A stretch of 64,000 nt of DNA from NCBI GenBank assembly GCA_036835165.1, contig DAITML010000002.1:2559-66558 (forward strand), written 5' to 3'. Positions within the stretch are counted from its first letter, which is position 1; each line of letters opens with the position of its first letter. The position numbers and the translations under genes were made by a program. The stretch is from Synergistaceae bacterium (GTDB taxonomy: Bacteria > Synergistota > Synergistia > Synergistales > Synergistaceae). Shown in pieces: positions 28,854 to 39,161 of this stretch. The notes under the pieces are model-generated. The model was not told where the DNA came from. It saw only the letters and a list, made by a program, of their open reading frames with translations, and did not search any database.

Positions 28854-29957
28854 TTGCAGGATGACCGTTACCTCAGAATGTCGAAGAAGATCAGGGAGAG
28901 CGTAGTGCCGTTTGCGGTTCTCCTTGTCCTCTTCGTCTTCCTTTCATGGCTGATCGTGTACCCGCTCGGACGTCCGCTTCTTTGGTCTGTAGTGCTTTCA
29001 TATTTTGCATATCCTATTTACAGATATCTTCACAATAACTTTTTTTCAGGCAGGCTGACAAATATTGCTGCCGGAATAACCACTCTTACCATCGTTGTTT
29101 TCATGGCGATCCCGATGCTCTTTTTCGGACTTTTCCTGACAAAAGAATTTTTGAGGGTATACGATGCGGTAATACAGAGTGGTGTACTTTCCGGATCTCA
29201 CACTGAGATACTCCGGAAACTGCACAATGTCCCCCTTCTGGGCGCACTCTTGTCCCAGCTTGACCTCATAAGCGGCATACCGGTATTTGAATCGATAATA
29301 GCCAGCAGTGTAAACTGGATCACGGGTTTTGTCAGGCTGATCTCCAGTGAGATACTGGGCAACGCCTTCAAGGTCTTTTACCTTATCGCAGTAGTAACTG
29401 TCTCCTCATTTTTTATTGTCAGGGACGGCCACTTTATACTCAAGTACGTAAAAGACATTATGCCTCTTCCTGATTCCGAAAGGGATGTCATCGTAGATAG
29501 GTCTGCCAAGATGCTCAGGGCGGTAGTATACGGAATAGTTGTGACAGCCGCAATACAGGGAAGCCTTGGAGGTTTTGGGTGGTGGTTCGTGGGCCTCGGT
29601 CATCCTGTCCTCTTTGGTTTTTTTATGTTCATTACAGGCATGATCCCTTTTGTGGGAACGCCGGTCATATGGGTGCCCGGAGCTCTCGCCCTCTTCATAA
29701 ACGGAGATTATACCGGCGGGATAGTTCTCCTCGGATGGGGCATTGGAATAGTGAGTATGGTGGATAATTTTATAAGGCCCATATTTATTTCCGGCGAGAG
29801 CAAAATACATATGCTAGTAATATTCTTAGGAATTTTCGGAGGCCTGTATAATTGGGGTTTCCTTGGGCTATTCATAGGACCGCTCATCCTTTCTCTTGGG
29901 ATATTCCTTCTTGATCTGTACAGGGCAATAGTTTCGGAAAAAATTAAAATTAACTGA
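28854..29957 (+). CDS. AI-2E (PerM) family transporter
   Basis: Multi-TM; MIPFVGT..IWVP, VDNFIRP, GFLGLFIGP; start uncertain. Confidence 0.88.
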   Translation: MQDDRYLRMSKKIRESVVPFAVLLVLFVFLSWLIVYPLGRPLLWSVVLSYFAYPIYRYLHNNFFSGRLTNIAAGITTLTIVVFMAIPMLFFGLFLTKEFLRVYDAVIQSGVLSGSHTEILRKLHNVPLLGALLSQLDLISGIPVFESIIASSVNWITGFVRLISSEILGNAFKVFYLIAVVTVSSFFIVRDGHFILKYVKDIMPLPDSERDVIVDRSAKMLRAVVYGIVVTAAIQGSLGGFGWWFVGLGHPVLFGFFMFITGMIPFVGTPVIWVPGALALFINGDYTGGIVLLGWGIGIVSMVDNFIRPIFISGESKIHMLVIFLGIFGGLYNWGFLGLFIGPLILSLGIFLLDLYRAIVSEKIKIN

Positions 29958-29983
29958 CAGGGCCTGTTTTGGGAGGTAATAAA

Positions 29984-30631
29984 ATGATAAGGATAGTGGC
30001 TGTTTCGGGAAAAAAAGACAGCGGAAAGACTACGCTTTGCAGAAAACTCCTCAGAGAGCTTGATGGAATGGGAATAAGGACCGGCTATATAAAAAGGACA
30101 GCCGAAGAAGTCCTCTCTGAAAAGGGCACCGATACAGGGTCTGTAGCCGACATGGGAATAGGCGCCTTGCTGTGGGGGAAGGATGGACTGCGGTACGAGC
30201 TTCCCGCTTCTGAAGATACTGCCCCGTATTTTATTGCATCCAGATACTTCCCGGATGCGGAAATAATAATACTTGAAGGCGGCAAAAGTCTCCCGTTGCC
30301 GAAAATTTGGGTGAGGTCGGAGGGAGAAGCCAAGCCCGAATATCCAGGGATCATAATGATTTATGACAAGGAAGGAAATAATGACGGCAAGTTTTTATTC
30401 TGCGAAGGTGAAGAGCGTGAAATGGCTCTCCGTCTTGCTTCAATGGTAAGAGGAAAAGCATACAGAAGCACAAAAATTTATTTTGGGGATTCGCCTCTGC
30501 CGATGAAAGATTTCATCTCTGAATTTATAAGAGGGAGCATTTTAGGGATGCTTGCAGCGCTCAAGGGCGGAAAGACCGCAGATAAATCGATAAGAATCTA
30601 TATCGACGGTACTACCCAAGGTAAAAAATAG
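29984..30631 (+). CDS. mobB: molybdopterin-guanine dinucleotide biosynthesis protein B
   Basis: VSGKKDSGKTT P-loop, IILEGGK..LPKI, C-terminal LPMKDFI...GMLAALKG domain. Confidence 0.82.
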   Translation: MIRIVAVSGKKDSGKTTLCRKLLRELDGMGIRTGYIKRTAEEVLSEKGTDTGSVADMGIGALLWGKDGLRYELPASEDTAPYFIASRYFPDAEIIILEGGKSLPLPKIWVRSEGEAKPEYPGIIMIYDKEGNNDGKFLFCEGEEREMALRLASMVRGKAYRSTKIYFGDSPLPMKDFISEFIRGSILGMLAALKGGKTADKSIRIYIDGTTQGKK

Positions 30632-30765
30632 CGCAGTAATATCCAAGAGGGGGCTTTGGGCGGGGATCTTTGCAGGACGTTGGCAATGCCCAAAAAATCA
30701 GGCCACAGATTCCTGTTTTACATGACTTCGTGATCAGCAAACGTAAGATAAAGTATATTCAAAGG

Positions 30766-30794
30766 TTGTAAGTTAAATTGAAAGTAGATATAAT
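30766..30794 (+). promoter_or_regulatory. sigma70 promoter of hppA
   Basis: TTGTAA, 17 nt spacer, TATAAT. Confidence 0.75.
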
Positions 30795-30855
30795 AATAAA
30801 TTGGGTCAGCTAAAAAGCTGATAAAACCACAACCTTCAAGGGGGTCGCTTTTTAA

Positions 30856-32814
30856 ATGGAAATTTTTGGCGTCATAGGAGGCGTAGCACTGGCAGCGCTT
30901 TTATATGCGGGCTATGCTTCAAGCAAGATCAATGCATTCAAAGTTGATCATGACAGGATCAATGAACTTTCCGGCATTATACAGAGCGGTGCTATGGCTT
31001 TTCTGTACAGGGAGTACAAAGCACTGGTTCCTTTTGTAATAATAGTTACAGCTCTTCTGGCCTGGAAGATAGGTGTGCCAAGTTCGATTTGTTTTATATC
31101 CGGAGCACTTTGCAGCGCACTGACCGGATACATTGGCATGAAGGTTGCGACAAAGTCAAACGGCAAGACGGCCTTTGCTGCACTGAGCGGCATGAACGGC
31201 GCGCTGACAATAGCCTTCACGGGCGGCAGCGTTATGGGGATGTCGGTCGTTGGAGTGGGACTTCTCGGAGTATTATTGATGTTTGTTCTCTTTGGGGACC
31301 CGAACGTCATCACAGCCTTTGGTTTCGGAGCCAGCTCAATAGCACTCTTTGCACGTGTCGGCGGCGGTATTTACACCAAAGCTGCTGACGTAGGTGCAGA
31401 TCTTGTGGGAAAGGTAGAAGCCGGCATCCCGGAAGATGACCCCCGCAATCCGGCAGTCATAGCAGACAATGTTGGCGACAATGTCGGTGACATCGCCGGA
31501 ATGGGTGCAGACCTCTTCGAATCTTATGTCAACTCTATCATTGCCGCCATGGCGATAGGTGCTATTTTTGCAGGAATGGCCGGTGTGATCTACCCGCTTC
31601 TCCTCTCGGCAATAGGGATCATTGCTTCAATACTCGGGACTTTCTTTGTAAGGGTCAAGGAAGGCGGAGATCCTGCAAAAGCGCTGCGCTACGGGCTTGG
31701 ATCAACAGGCCTCTTTATGATAGCAGGAACATTTTTCCTGACACGCTGGGTCTTTATGGGAGACCTTACCCTTTTCTACGCAGTCGTTTCAGGGGTAGTA
31801 TCAGGCATCCTTATCGGAGCTGCAACAGAATTCTACACATCGGGCGATTATGCAAGCGTCAAGGAGATAGCCGCTGCATCTGAGACGGGGGCCGCCACAA
31901 ACATTCTTGCCGGTCTTGGCGTCGGCATGAAGTCAACAACAATACCGGTCATCCTTGTTTGCGCGGCGATCCTCGCCGGAGTGCAGTTCGGAGGCCTTTA
32001 CGGGATCGCTTGCGCGGCAGTCGGAATGCTGGCTATCACCGGCATGGCACTCTCAGTAGACGCATACGGACCTATCTCTGACAATGCGGGCGGGATCGCT
32101 GAAATGGCAGAACTCCCCGAAGAGGTCCGCCAGATCACAGACAGGCTAGATGCGGTTGGAAACACCACCGCTGCGGTCGGCAAAGGGCTTGCCATAGGTT
32201 CCGCTGCTCTTACCGCACTTGCGCTCTTTGTCGCATATGCTCAGGCGACCAATCTTGCCTCTATCGACCTCAAGGATCCGAAGGTAATGGTAGGCCTTTT
32301 CATCGGAGGCCTTCTGCCTTTTGTCTTCAGTGCCCTTTCGATCCAGGCAGTCAGCCGGGCCGCTGAAAAAATGATAGAAGAAGTACGCAGACAGTTCAGA
32401 GAAATACCGGGAATAATGGAAGGAACAGGCCGTCCCGAGTATGAGCGTTGCGTTGACATTTCAACTGCTGCAGCGCTTCGTGAGATGATACTTCCGGGCC
32501 TTATGGCGGTACTCGCCCCTGTGGCAGTGGGATACGGACTTGGTGCTCAGGCACTTGGCGGTCTGCTGGGCGGATCTATCGTGACAGGGGTAATGATGGC
32601 CATCTTTATGTCCAATGCCGGCGGAGCCTGGGACAACGCCAAGAAATATATCGAATCCGGACATCACGGCGGAAAAGGAACAGCGCCTCATGCAGCGGCA
32701 GTAGTTGGAGACACCGTTGGCGACCCCTTCAAAGATACTGCAGGCCCCAGCCTCAACATCCTTATTAAGCTTATGTCGGTTGTCGCGACCGTTCTTGCCC
32801 CGCTGCTTGTCTAG
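30856..32814 (+). CDS. hppA: membrane pyrophosphatase, K+-dependent, likely Na+-translocating
   Basis: [28 protein letters not shown] (Ala marks K+-dependence), DLFESY gate pattern, [10 protein letters not shown]. Confidence 0.95.
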   Translation: MEIFGVIGGVALAALLYAGYASSKINAFKVDHDRINELSGIIQSGAMAFLYREYKALVPFVIIVTALLAWKIGVPSSICFISGALCSALTGYIGMKVATKSNGKTAFAALSGMNGALTIAFTGGSVMGMSVVGVGLLGVLLMFVLFGDPNVITAFGFGASSIALFARVGGGIYTKAADVGADLVGKVEAGIPEDDPRNPAVIADNVGDNVGDIAGMGADLFESYVNSIIAAMAIGAIFAGMAGVIYPLLLSAIGIIASILGTFFVRVKEGGDPAKALRYGLGSTGLFMIAGTFFLTRWVFMGDLTLFYAVVSGVVSGILIGAATEFYTSGDYASVKEIAAASETGAATNILAGLGVGMKSTTIPVILVCAAILAGVQFGGLYGIACAAVGMLAITGMALSVDAYGPISDNAGGIAEMAELPEEVRQITDRLDAVGNTTAAVGKGLAIGSAALTALALFVAYAQATNLASIDLKDPKVMVGLFIGGLLPFVFSALSIQAVSRAAEKMIEEVRRQFREIPGIMEGTGRPEYERCVDISTAAALREMILPGLMAVLAPVAVGYGLGAQALGGLLGGSIVTGVMMAIFMSNAGGAWDNAKKYIESGHHGGKGTAPHAAAVVGDTVGDPFKDTAGPSLNILIKLMSVVATVLAPLLV

Positions 32815-32860
32815 CTGAAAAAATTTGGATCTTTTCAGACTCAGTATGTGATAATCTTTA

Positions 32861-32898
32861 AGAGGGAGAGTTTTACTCTCCCTCTGATTTTCTTTTTT
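32861..32898 (+). terminator. hairpin/terminator between hppA and dnaG
   Basis: AGAGGGAGAGT-TTT-ACTCTCCCTCT perfect stem followed by GATTTTCTTTTTT. Confidence 0.75.
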
Positions 32899-32911
32899 CC
32901 GGAGGTGTAAC

Positions 32912-34681
32912 ATGGCCAGCGATGATGTCAGAGAGGTCAAATCCAGACTTGATATTGCCGAAGTCATCGGTGACTATGTGATCCTGCGTAAAAGCGGCCA
33001 GACCTACTGGGGAAAATGCCCTTTTCACAACGAAAAGACTCCTTCTTTCAGCGTATCCCCCGAAAGGCAGACATTTCACTGTTTTGGCTGCGGCAAAGGC
33101 GGGGACGTTTTCACCTTTATAATGGAAATTGAAAATCTGGAGTTCAGGGAAGCATTGGAAAGGCTTGCTGAAAGGGCCGGAATAAAGCTTCAGGGACCCG
33201 GCGGCATCGGCCGTCCCAAAACTCATTCAGGGGTGAACATTCTTAAGCTTGCTCTGGACTATTATGTAAAAAAACTCCACAACAGTTCCGGAGAGGCAGC
33301 AATGGCTTACCTGACCCGGCGCGGCCTGACAAAGGATGAAATGAAGCGTTTTGAGATCGGATGGGCTCCATCTTCATGGGATCCCCTCTGCGGTTACCTT
33401 CGCAGCCTTGACTATTCCGATGAGGATATAGTAGAGAGCGGACTGGCGGCCAGAGGGACAAGAGGAATATACGACAGGTTCCGTGGCCGCATAATGTTTC
33501 CCATATACAGTCCGACAGACCGTATTGTCGGTTTTGGCGGGAGGATCCTTGACGGAGAAGGTGCAAAATATCTTAACAGCCCCGAAAGTACGGTTTTTAA
33601 CAAACGAAACAACCTTTATCTGATGAACAAGGCAAAGATGCATATAAGGGAAAAAGGAAGCGCGATCCTGGTGGAGGGCTACATGGATGCAATAAGGTGC
33701 CATCTTTCGGGATATACGAATACAGTCGCATCGCTCGGAACTTCCCTTACAGAGGCACAGTCCATTTTGATCAAAAGAATGACAGGGCTCTGTTATATCT
33801 GCTATGATTCGGACAATGCAGGACAGGAAGCAGCGTTAAGAGGAATGTATACTCTTCAAAAAGAGGGGGTTTCAGTTAGAATAGTCAGACTGACAGGCGG
33901 CAAGGACCCGGATGAAGTCCTGCTGCAAAATGGTGGTTTGCAGATGTTTGGGGCTGCCATAGAATCCTCTCTTGCGCTTCCTGCATATCACGCATTGCTG
34001 AGGAAAACTGAAATGGAAATACCTGAAAAATCACTGGCGGCAAGAAATGATCTGCTTGAGGGACTGGCATCTCTTTCTGCCTTTGATGTCGCACCATATA
34101 TTGAGAAGATATCCCAGCAAATGGGAGTATTTCCCCATGAGCTTAAGAAAGAGATAGAAGACAGGCGTCTGGGGCAGGCCAATGATTCATCAAGGAGGAT
34201 GCCGGAAGATCGCCGATCCGATCAGACAGAAGCCGGTGACTGGCTGATGCCTGAAAAGGGATCCTCTGTTGAACCTGACGAACTTGAGTGTATGTTTTGC
34301 AGCCTTATTTGGGGAAATAAGGAACTACGGTCACGGTTTTCCCCCGAATATGTGGTGCCATTTGTAAAAGACGAAGTTCTTCAAAATATGATATCCGCCC
34401 TTTTGTCAGGCGAAGACCCAAAGCATCTTGAGGAGAGATGGAGGCAGATCGGAGACAGAAGATCCCAGGAATTGATCGCGAGGGGCAATGGAATAATTGC
34501 AAGGGACTGCATAGAGGCAGACAAGGCAGAGAGCATAGCGGAAACAATAAGAAGAAGGTGTATCGAAGCCAGAGTCATCTCGCTGAACACAAAACTTAAA
34601 AAGGGCACAGCGGCAGAGTCTGAGGTCGAAGAACACCTGAGACTGACCAGAATTCTTAAAGGAGGTAAATTCGGCGCATGA
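32912..34681 (+). CDS. dnaG: DNA primase
   Basis: [11 protein letters not shown]...HCFGC zinc finger, KYLNSPE, VEGYMD, YDSDNAG TOPRIM motifs. Confidence 0.97.
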   Translation: MASDDVREVKSRLDIAEVIGDYVILRKSGQTYWGKCPFHNEKTPSFSVSPERQTFHCFGCGKGGDVFTFIMEIENLEFREALERLAERAGIKLQGPGGIGRPKTHSGVNILKLALDYYVKKLHNSSGEAAMAYLTRRGLTKDEMKRFEIGWAPSSWDPLCGYLRSLDYSDEDIVESGLAARGTRGIYDRFRGRIMFPIYSPTDRIVGFGGRILDGEGAKYLNSPESTVFNKRNNLYLMNKAKMHIREKGSAILVEGYMDAIRCHLSGYTNTVASLGTSLTEAQSILIKRMTGLCYICYDSDNAGQEAALRGMYTLQKEGVSVRIVRLTGGKDPDEVLLQNGGLQMFGAAIESSLALPAYHALLRKTEMEIPEKSLAARNDLLEGLASLSAFDVAPYIEKISQQMGVFPHELKKEIEDRRLGQANDSSRRMPEDRRSDQTEAGDWLMPEKGSSVEPDELECMFCSLIWGNKELRSRFSPEYVVPFVKDEVLQNMISALLSGEDPKHLEERWRQIGDRRSQELIARGNGIIARDCIEADKAESIAETIRRRCIEARVISLNTKLKKGTAAESEVEEHLRLTRILKGGKFGA

Positions 34682-36072
34682 AAAAGACAAAGTCAACTAA
34701 AAAAAATGATGCCGCTGCGGCAGCATCGGACAGGGCACCGAAACTCATCGAAGAAAACATAGAGGAAGCGGTTGACGAAATATCCCCCGATATCGTCGAC
34801 ATATCAGATACGGACAAAGGAGAGATATGCGACCCTTCCTTAATAGATGATGAATTGCTCGATACGCCGGACAGCCTGGATCTTGATGAAGATATTAAGG
34901 TCATCTGTGATGTTGACGAAGATGAGAGCATCTCCGAAGTCGATGCGGTAAAGGTATCCGGCAGTGAAGATGCGGATCCGACGGATTATACCGCTTATAT
35001 TGATAACGTAAGGGATCTTCTCCATGAGGGCAGGGAAAAAGGTTTCGTCACTTATGAAGACATTGAAAAGCACATGCCGAAGGATTTCCTTACGGCAGAC
35101 ATTCTTGACAGCCTTTACATGAACCTGATGGAACTTGGTGTTGACGTTGTGGATGAGCCAAAGACAAAGGTCGACCCCTCTGAGGGCGAACACCTCCTCC
35201 CGACCAATGCCAACAACGAAGAGATGGGCGATCTCGAGGATCTCCCTCTTTCCGACCCTGTCAGAATGTATCTCAGGGAGATAGGCAAGATCCCTCTGCT
35301 TACATCTGAAGATGAGGTAGAACTTGCCAAAGGAGTCGAGGCCGGCATCATGACCTCTAAAGACAAGCTTGTCGAGGCTAACCTGAGGCTGGTCGTAAGT
35401 ATTGCCAAAAAGTATATAGGCAGAGGAATGCTTTTTCTCGATCTCATACAAGAGGGCAATCTCGGTCTTATCCGTGCGGTTGAGAAGTTTGACTATCGCA
35501 AGGGTTACAAGTTCAGTACCTATGCCACATGGTGGATCAGACAGGCAATAACGAGGGCAATAGCTGATCAGGCAAGGACGATAAGAATACCGGTCCATAT
35601 GGTGGAAACGATAAACAAATTGATCCGGGTCTCGAGACAGCTTGTTCAGCGGCTGGGCAGAGAGCCTGCAGCTGAGGAGATAGCTGCTGAAATGGAGATT
35701 GCCTCGGACAGGGTCGAGGAGATACAGAGGATAGCGCAGGAACCGGTATCCCTTGAGACGCCTATCGGAGAAGAAGAGGACAGCCAGCTGGGAGATTTTC
35801 TTGAGGACAAGGATCTTCCAAGCCCCGAAGAGGCTGCTGCAAGCCAGATCCTAAGGGAGCAGCTTGATGAAATGCTTGACGACCTTACTGACAGGGAGAG
35901 AGAAGTGCTGAGGCTCAGGTTCGGACTTGAGGACGGGCACGCTCATACACTGGAAGAGGTGGGAAGACGTTTCGGAGTAACAAGGGAAAGGATACGCCAA
36001 ATCGAAGCCAAGGCCCTGAGGAAACTCCGTCACCCCAGCAGAAGCAAAAAACTAAAGGACTTCCTGGAATAG
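34678..36072 (+). CDS. rpoD: RNA polymerase primary sigma factor
   Basis: [44 protein letters not shown]; long acidic N-terminus. Confidence 0.98.
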   Translation: MKKTKSTKKNDAAAAASDRAPKLIEENIEEAVDEISPDIVDISDTDKGEICDPSLIDDELLDTPDSLDLDEDIKVICDVDEDESISEVDAVKVSGSEDADPTDYTAYIDNVRDLLHEGREKGFVTYEDIEKHMPKDFLTADILDSLYMNLMELGVDVVDEPKTKVDPSEGEHLLPTNANNEEMGDLEDLPLSDPVRMYLREIGKIPLLTSEDEVELAKGVEAGIMTSKDKLVEANLRLVVSIAKKYIGRGMLFLDLIQEGNLGLIRAVEKFDYRKGYKFSTYATWWIRQAITRAIADQARTIRIPVHMVETINKLIRVSRQLVQRLGREPAAEEIAAEMEIASDRVEEIQRIAQEPVSLETPIGEEEDSQLGDFLEDKDLPSPEEAAASQILREQLDEMLDDLTDREREVLRLRFGLEDGHAHTLEEVGRRFGVTRERIRQIEAKALRKLRHPSRSKKLKDFLE

Positions 36073-36209
36073 CGAAAGGGTTTGTGAAAAAAATCAAAAG
36101 TATCTTTGTGAAAAGAAATATTTCCTTTTTGTTGACTATCAATGGAAATATTAGTCCGCTACATTTGGAAATGAGGGCTATAGTCAGGATTTTTGGGAAC
36201 AATGAAAGT

Positions 36210-36227
36210 TTGATAAATATTGCACGA
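36210..36227. promoter_or_regulatory. putative Rex operator overlapping a -35 box
   Basis: TTGATAA-ATAT-TGCACGA versus Rex consensus TTGTGAA-N4-TTCACAA; second candidate TTGTGAA-AAAA-ATCAAAA at 36082-36099. Confidence 0.55.
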
Positions 36228-36248
36228 GCTGTTGATATGGATTATACT
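36220..36248 (+). promoter_or_regulatory. sigma70 promoter of S4-eno-rex
   Basis: TTGCAC, 17 nt spacer, TATACT. Confidence 0.72.
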
Positions 36249-36280
36249 TTCTCTGGCTCAGCCCGGATGGTGATCAACTT

Positions 36281-36553
36281 TTGAGAATAGACAAATATCT
36301 GAAGCTTTCAAGGCTGATAAAGCGCAGAACACTTGCCCAGGACATGGCAGACATTGGTGCCGTAAGGATCAACGGCAGGACATGCAAACCTGCTGCGGAG
36401 ATCAGGGACGGCGATATGGTCGAAATCGCCTATCCCGGGAGGATAGTGAAGGTAAGGGTGCTGACATCCGATGAGGCACAGCTTAAGAGGAATGCAGCAG
36501 CTTATGAAATGCTTGAAGAAAGGAAAGTTGACCGGGAGGAACGACCCTGGTAA
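36281..36553 (+). CDS. S4-domain RNA-binding protein (YabO/RqcP, Hsp15-like)
   Basis: MRIDKYLKLSRLIKRRTLA...INGR..KPA. Confidence 0.9.
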   Translation: MRIDKYLKLSRLIKRRTLAQDMADIGAVRINGRTCKPAAEIRDGDMVEIAYPGRIVKVRVLTSDEAQLKRNAAAYEMLEERKVDREERPW

Positions 36554-36579
36554 AAGAACTGAGAAGGGGGTAGGCTCTA

Positions 36580-37863
36580 ATGTCATTTATAACCGGTGTA
36601 CACGGAAGAGAAGTCCTCGATTCAAGGGGTTTCCCGACTGTTGAGGTCGAAGTCACACTTGATTCAGGCATAGTTGGGAAAGCAAGTGTCCCTTCAGGCG
36701 CCTCCACAGGAACTTATGAGGCACATGAACTTAGAGACGGAGACAGCGGAAGGTATATGGGCAAAGGTGTCCTTAAGGCAGTCCAGAATATCAATGAAGT
36801 GATATCTCCGGCACTGAAGGGATTCGATCCCCTTGAACAGGACCAGATAGACAGAGCACTTATAGAGCTTGACGGGACCCTCCATAAAAGGAAGCTGGGA
36901 GCAAACGCCATACTAGGTGTCTCTCTTGCAACAGCAAGAACGGCAGCTTATTCAAAGAACCTGCCTCTTTGGAGGTATCTCGGCGGACTTAATGCCAACC
37001 TTCTGCCGGTCCCGCTGATGAACATCATTAACGGTGGTACTCACGCGAATAATAATCTCAATATCCAGGAGTTTCTGATAATACCTCACGGTGCTCCATC
37101 TTTCACTGAAGCGCTCCGGATGGGCGCAGAAACCTACCATGCACTCAGCCGGATCCTCACCAAATATGGCAAGTCGACCGGAACGGGAGACGAAGGCGGG
37201 TTTGCTTCTGATTTCAGGGATCAGGAAGAGGTGCTCGATTTTATGCTGATGGCGATAAGAAGTGCAGGCTATCAGCCCGGCAAGGAAATCTCGATAGGTC
37301 TCGATGTTGCGGCAAACCAGTTTTACAGCAAAGGAACATACCAGTTCCATGGCAGTGACTACAAATATACTGCAAATGAGCTCATAGACATTTATGAACT
37401 GATCTGTGAAAAATATCCGATAATCTCTATTGAGGACGGTCTTGCCGAAGATGACTGGCAGGGATGGGTAGATATGACCAAAAGATTGTCGGACAAAATT
37501 CAGCTGATCGGGGATGACATCTTCGTCACCCACACTGACAGGCTGCAGCTTGGAATTGACAGGCACGCAGCTAATGCAGTACTTGTAAAGCCAAATCAGA
37601 TAGGCACATTGACTGAAACGCTTAAACTGGTCGAGATGGCCCGTCGCGGAGGATACAGGACAATAGTATCCCACAGGTCAGGAGAGACTGCAGACAGCTT
37701 TATAGCGGACCTGGCCGTAGCTACTGGCACCGGACAGATCAAGGCCGGAGCGCCCAGGGGAATTGAACGTCTTAGGAAGTACAACCGTCTGATACGTATT
37801 GAAGAATCCCTGCAGGGACGCTCGCATTTTGCAGGCTCTGACCTTTTGATGCTAAGAAAGTGA
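36580..37863 (+). CDS. eno: enolase
   Basis: VPSGASTG, GDEGGF, SIEDG, VKPNQIGTLTE, SHRSGET. Confidence 0.93.
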   Translation: MSFITGVHGREVLDSRGFPTVEVEVTLDSGIVGKASVPSGASTGTYEAHELRDGDSGRYMGKGVLKAVQNINEVISPALKGFDPLEQDQIDRALIELDGTLHKRKLGANAILGVSLATARTAAYSKNLPLWRYLGGLNANLLPVPLMNIINGGTHANNNLNIQEFLIIPHGAPSFTEALRMGAETYHALSRILTKYGKSTGTGDEGGFASDFRDQEEVLDFMLMAIRSAGYQPGKEISIGLDVAANQFYSKGTYQFHGSDYKYTANELIDIYELICEKYPIISIEDGLAEDDWQGWVDMTKRLSDKIQLIGDDIFVTHTDRLQLGIDRHAANAVLVKPNQIGTLTETLKLVEMARRGGYRTIVSHRSGETADSFIADLAVATGTGQIKAGAPRGIERLRKYNRLIRIEESLQGRSHFAGSDLLMLRK

Positions 37864-37924
37864 CCGGATGATCCTTTGATCACACATTGATTTTTTACCA
37901 GCATAAATCCAGGAGGTGCGTTGT

Positions 37925-38557
37925 ATGAAGGTGGCAGAACCGACCGTCGAGAGGCTTATCCAGTATTACAGGCTTCTGATCCAGATGAAGGAAGAGGAAC
38001 GCAAGGTCGTATCATCGCTTCAGATAGGAGAGATCCTTGGGATAAAGGCTAGTCAGGTGCGCAAGGACCTTTCATATTTCGGTGAGATCGGTAAAAGAGG
38101 TGTCGGATATCATGTCAACCGCCTCTGCCTTCATATAGAGAACATCCTGGCCTCCCCAAAAGTTTGGAAAGTAGCTCTCGCCGGTGTGGGAAACCTTGGT
38201 ACAGCCCTTATGGGACATGCAGCTTTTCAAAGCTACAAGTTTGAGGTAGATGCACTTTTTGACGTCGATCCGGAAAAAGTCGGGCAGGAGATAATGGGAG
38301 TCAAGTGCTGGCACGTAGATGAAATTGCGAAGGTCATCGAAGAACGGGGAATTGAAGTGCTCCTTCTGGCAGTTCCGGCCTCAGCCGCACAGAATTGTGT
38401 TGACAAGGCGGTAGCCTCACCATCCCTTAAGGGCATACTTGCCTTTACCCCGGCTACTGTCGTCGTGCCGGAAAAGATCCTCTTCTACAGAGTGGACATT
38501 TTTGTAGAGCTTGAAAAACTGCTCTTTTTCCTAAAAGAGAGAGAAGGAAAGCAGTAG
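37925..38557 (+). CDS. rex: redox-sensing transcriptional repressor Rex
   Basis: SQVRKDLSYFGEIGKRGVGY winged HTH, GVGNLGTAL Rossmann motif; AGGAGG RBS. Confidence 0.96.
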   Translation: MKVAEPTVERLIQYYRLLIQMKEEERKVVSSLQIGEILGIKASQVRKDLSYFGEIGKRGVGYHVNRLCLHIENILASPKVWKVALAGVGNLGTALMGHAAFQSYKFEVDALFDVDPEKVGQEIMGVKCWHVDEIAKVIEERGIEVLLLAVPASAAQNCVDKAVASPSLKGILAFTPATVVVPEKILFYRVDIFVELEKLLFFLKEREGKQ

Positions 38558-38664
38558 GGATATTTTACACAAAGAGGCTAAGTCATGTTAAAATAACCAG
38601 CGTTACTTTGGGCCCAAAAATATGGTTTTTATTAAAATAAATCGCATGTTAAGGAGGAATTGAT

Positions 38665-39069
38665 TTGGGTGGTCAGCAGGGCGGACTTGTAGGAATGATG
38701 CTTCCTCTCGCCATGTTTGCGGCGATTTTTTATTTCATGATCATACGTCCGCAAAAGAAGAAACAAAAGGCACATGAGGAAATGCTTGCAAGCATAACCA
38801 GAGGTTCTACGGTAATAACGGCAGGCGGATTTTTCGGAATTGTAAGAGAGATACTTGATGACAGCTACATCATTGAGCTTGACGAGGGAGTAAAGGCAAG
38901 GATACTCAAGAGTTCTGTCTCGATGAAAAAAACCGATGGATCATCAGATCTGAAGCCTAAGAAAAAGAAGGCAAAAAAATCTGAAGTCCCGGCTGAAACA
39001 ACTGAAGAGCCGGAAGTTGCAGAGGCTGAAGTTGAAGCAACAGAAGATACAGAAAAGGACGAGGCTTAA
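38665..39069 (+). CDS. yajC: preprotein translocase subunit YajC
   Basis: FYFMIIRPQKKKQK, VITAGG; upstream of secD; TTG start with AAGGAGG RBS. Confidence 0.95.
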   Translation: MGGQQGGLVGMMLPLAMFAAIFYFMIIRPQKKKQKAHEEMLASITRGSTVITAGGFFGIVREILDDSYIIELDEGVKARILKSSVSMKKTDGSSDLKPKKKKAKKSEVPAETTEEPEVAEAEVEATEDTEKDEA

Positions 39070-39104
39070 TTATCAGTCTCAGATGAAGTAAGCAGTCTAT
39101 TAAT

Positions 39105-39142
39105 ACGGAGAGGACAACTAAGGTGTCCACTCCGTTTTCTTT
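39105..39142 (+). terminator. intrinsic terminator-like hairpin between yajC and secD
   Basis: ACGGAGAGGACA-N7-TGTCCACTCCGT (one mismatch) followed by TTTCTTT. Confidence 0.7.
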
Positions 39143-39161
39143 GCAAGGAGGCGCTTTCTCT

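Noticed and set aside
34840..35598. 252-aa antisense ORF within rpoD (and a 228-aa one at 44234-44920 within rel)
   Set aside because: Fully nested opposite conserved genes, with no motifs.
36084..36284. 66-aa ORF between rpoD and the S4 gene
   Set aside because: Spans an AT-rich spacer holding the promoter and Rex-like sites; no protein features.
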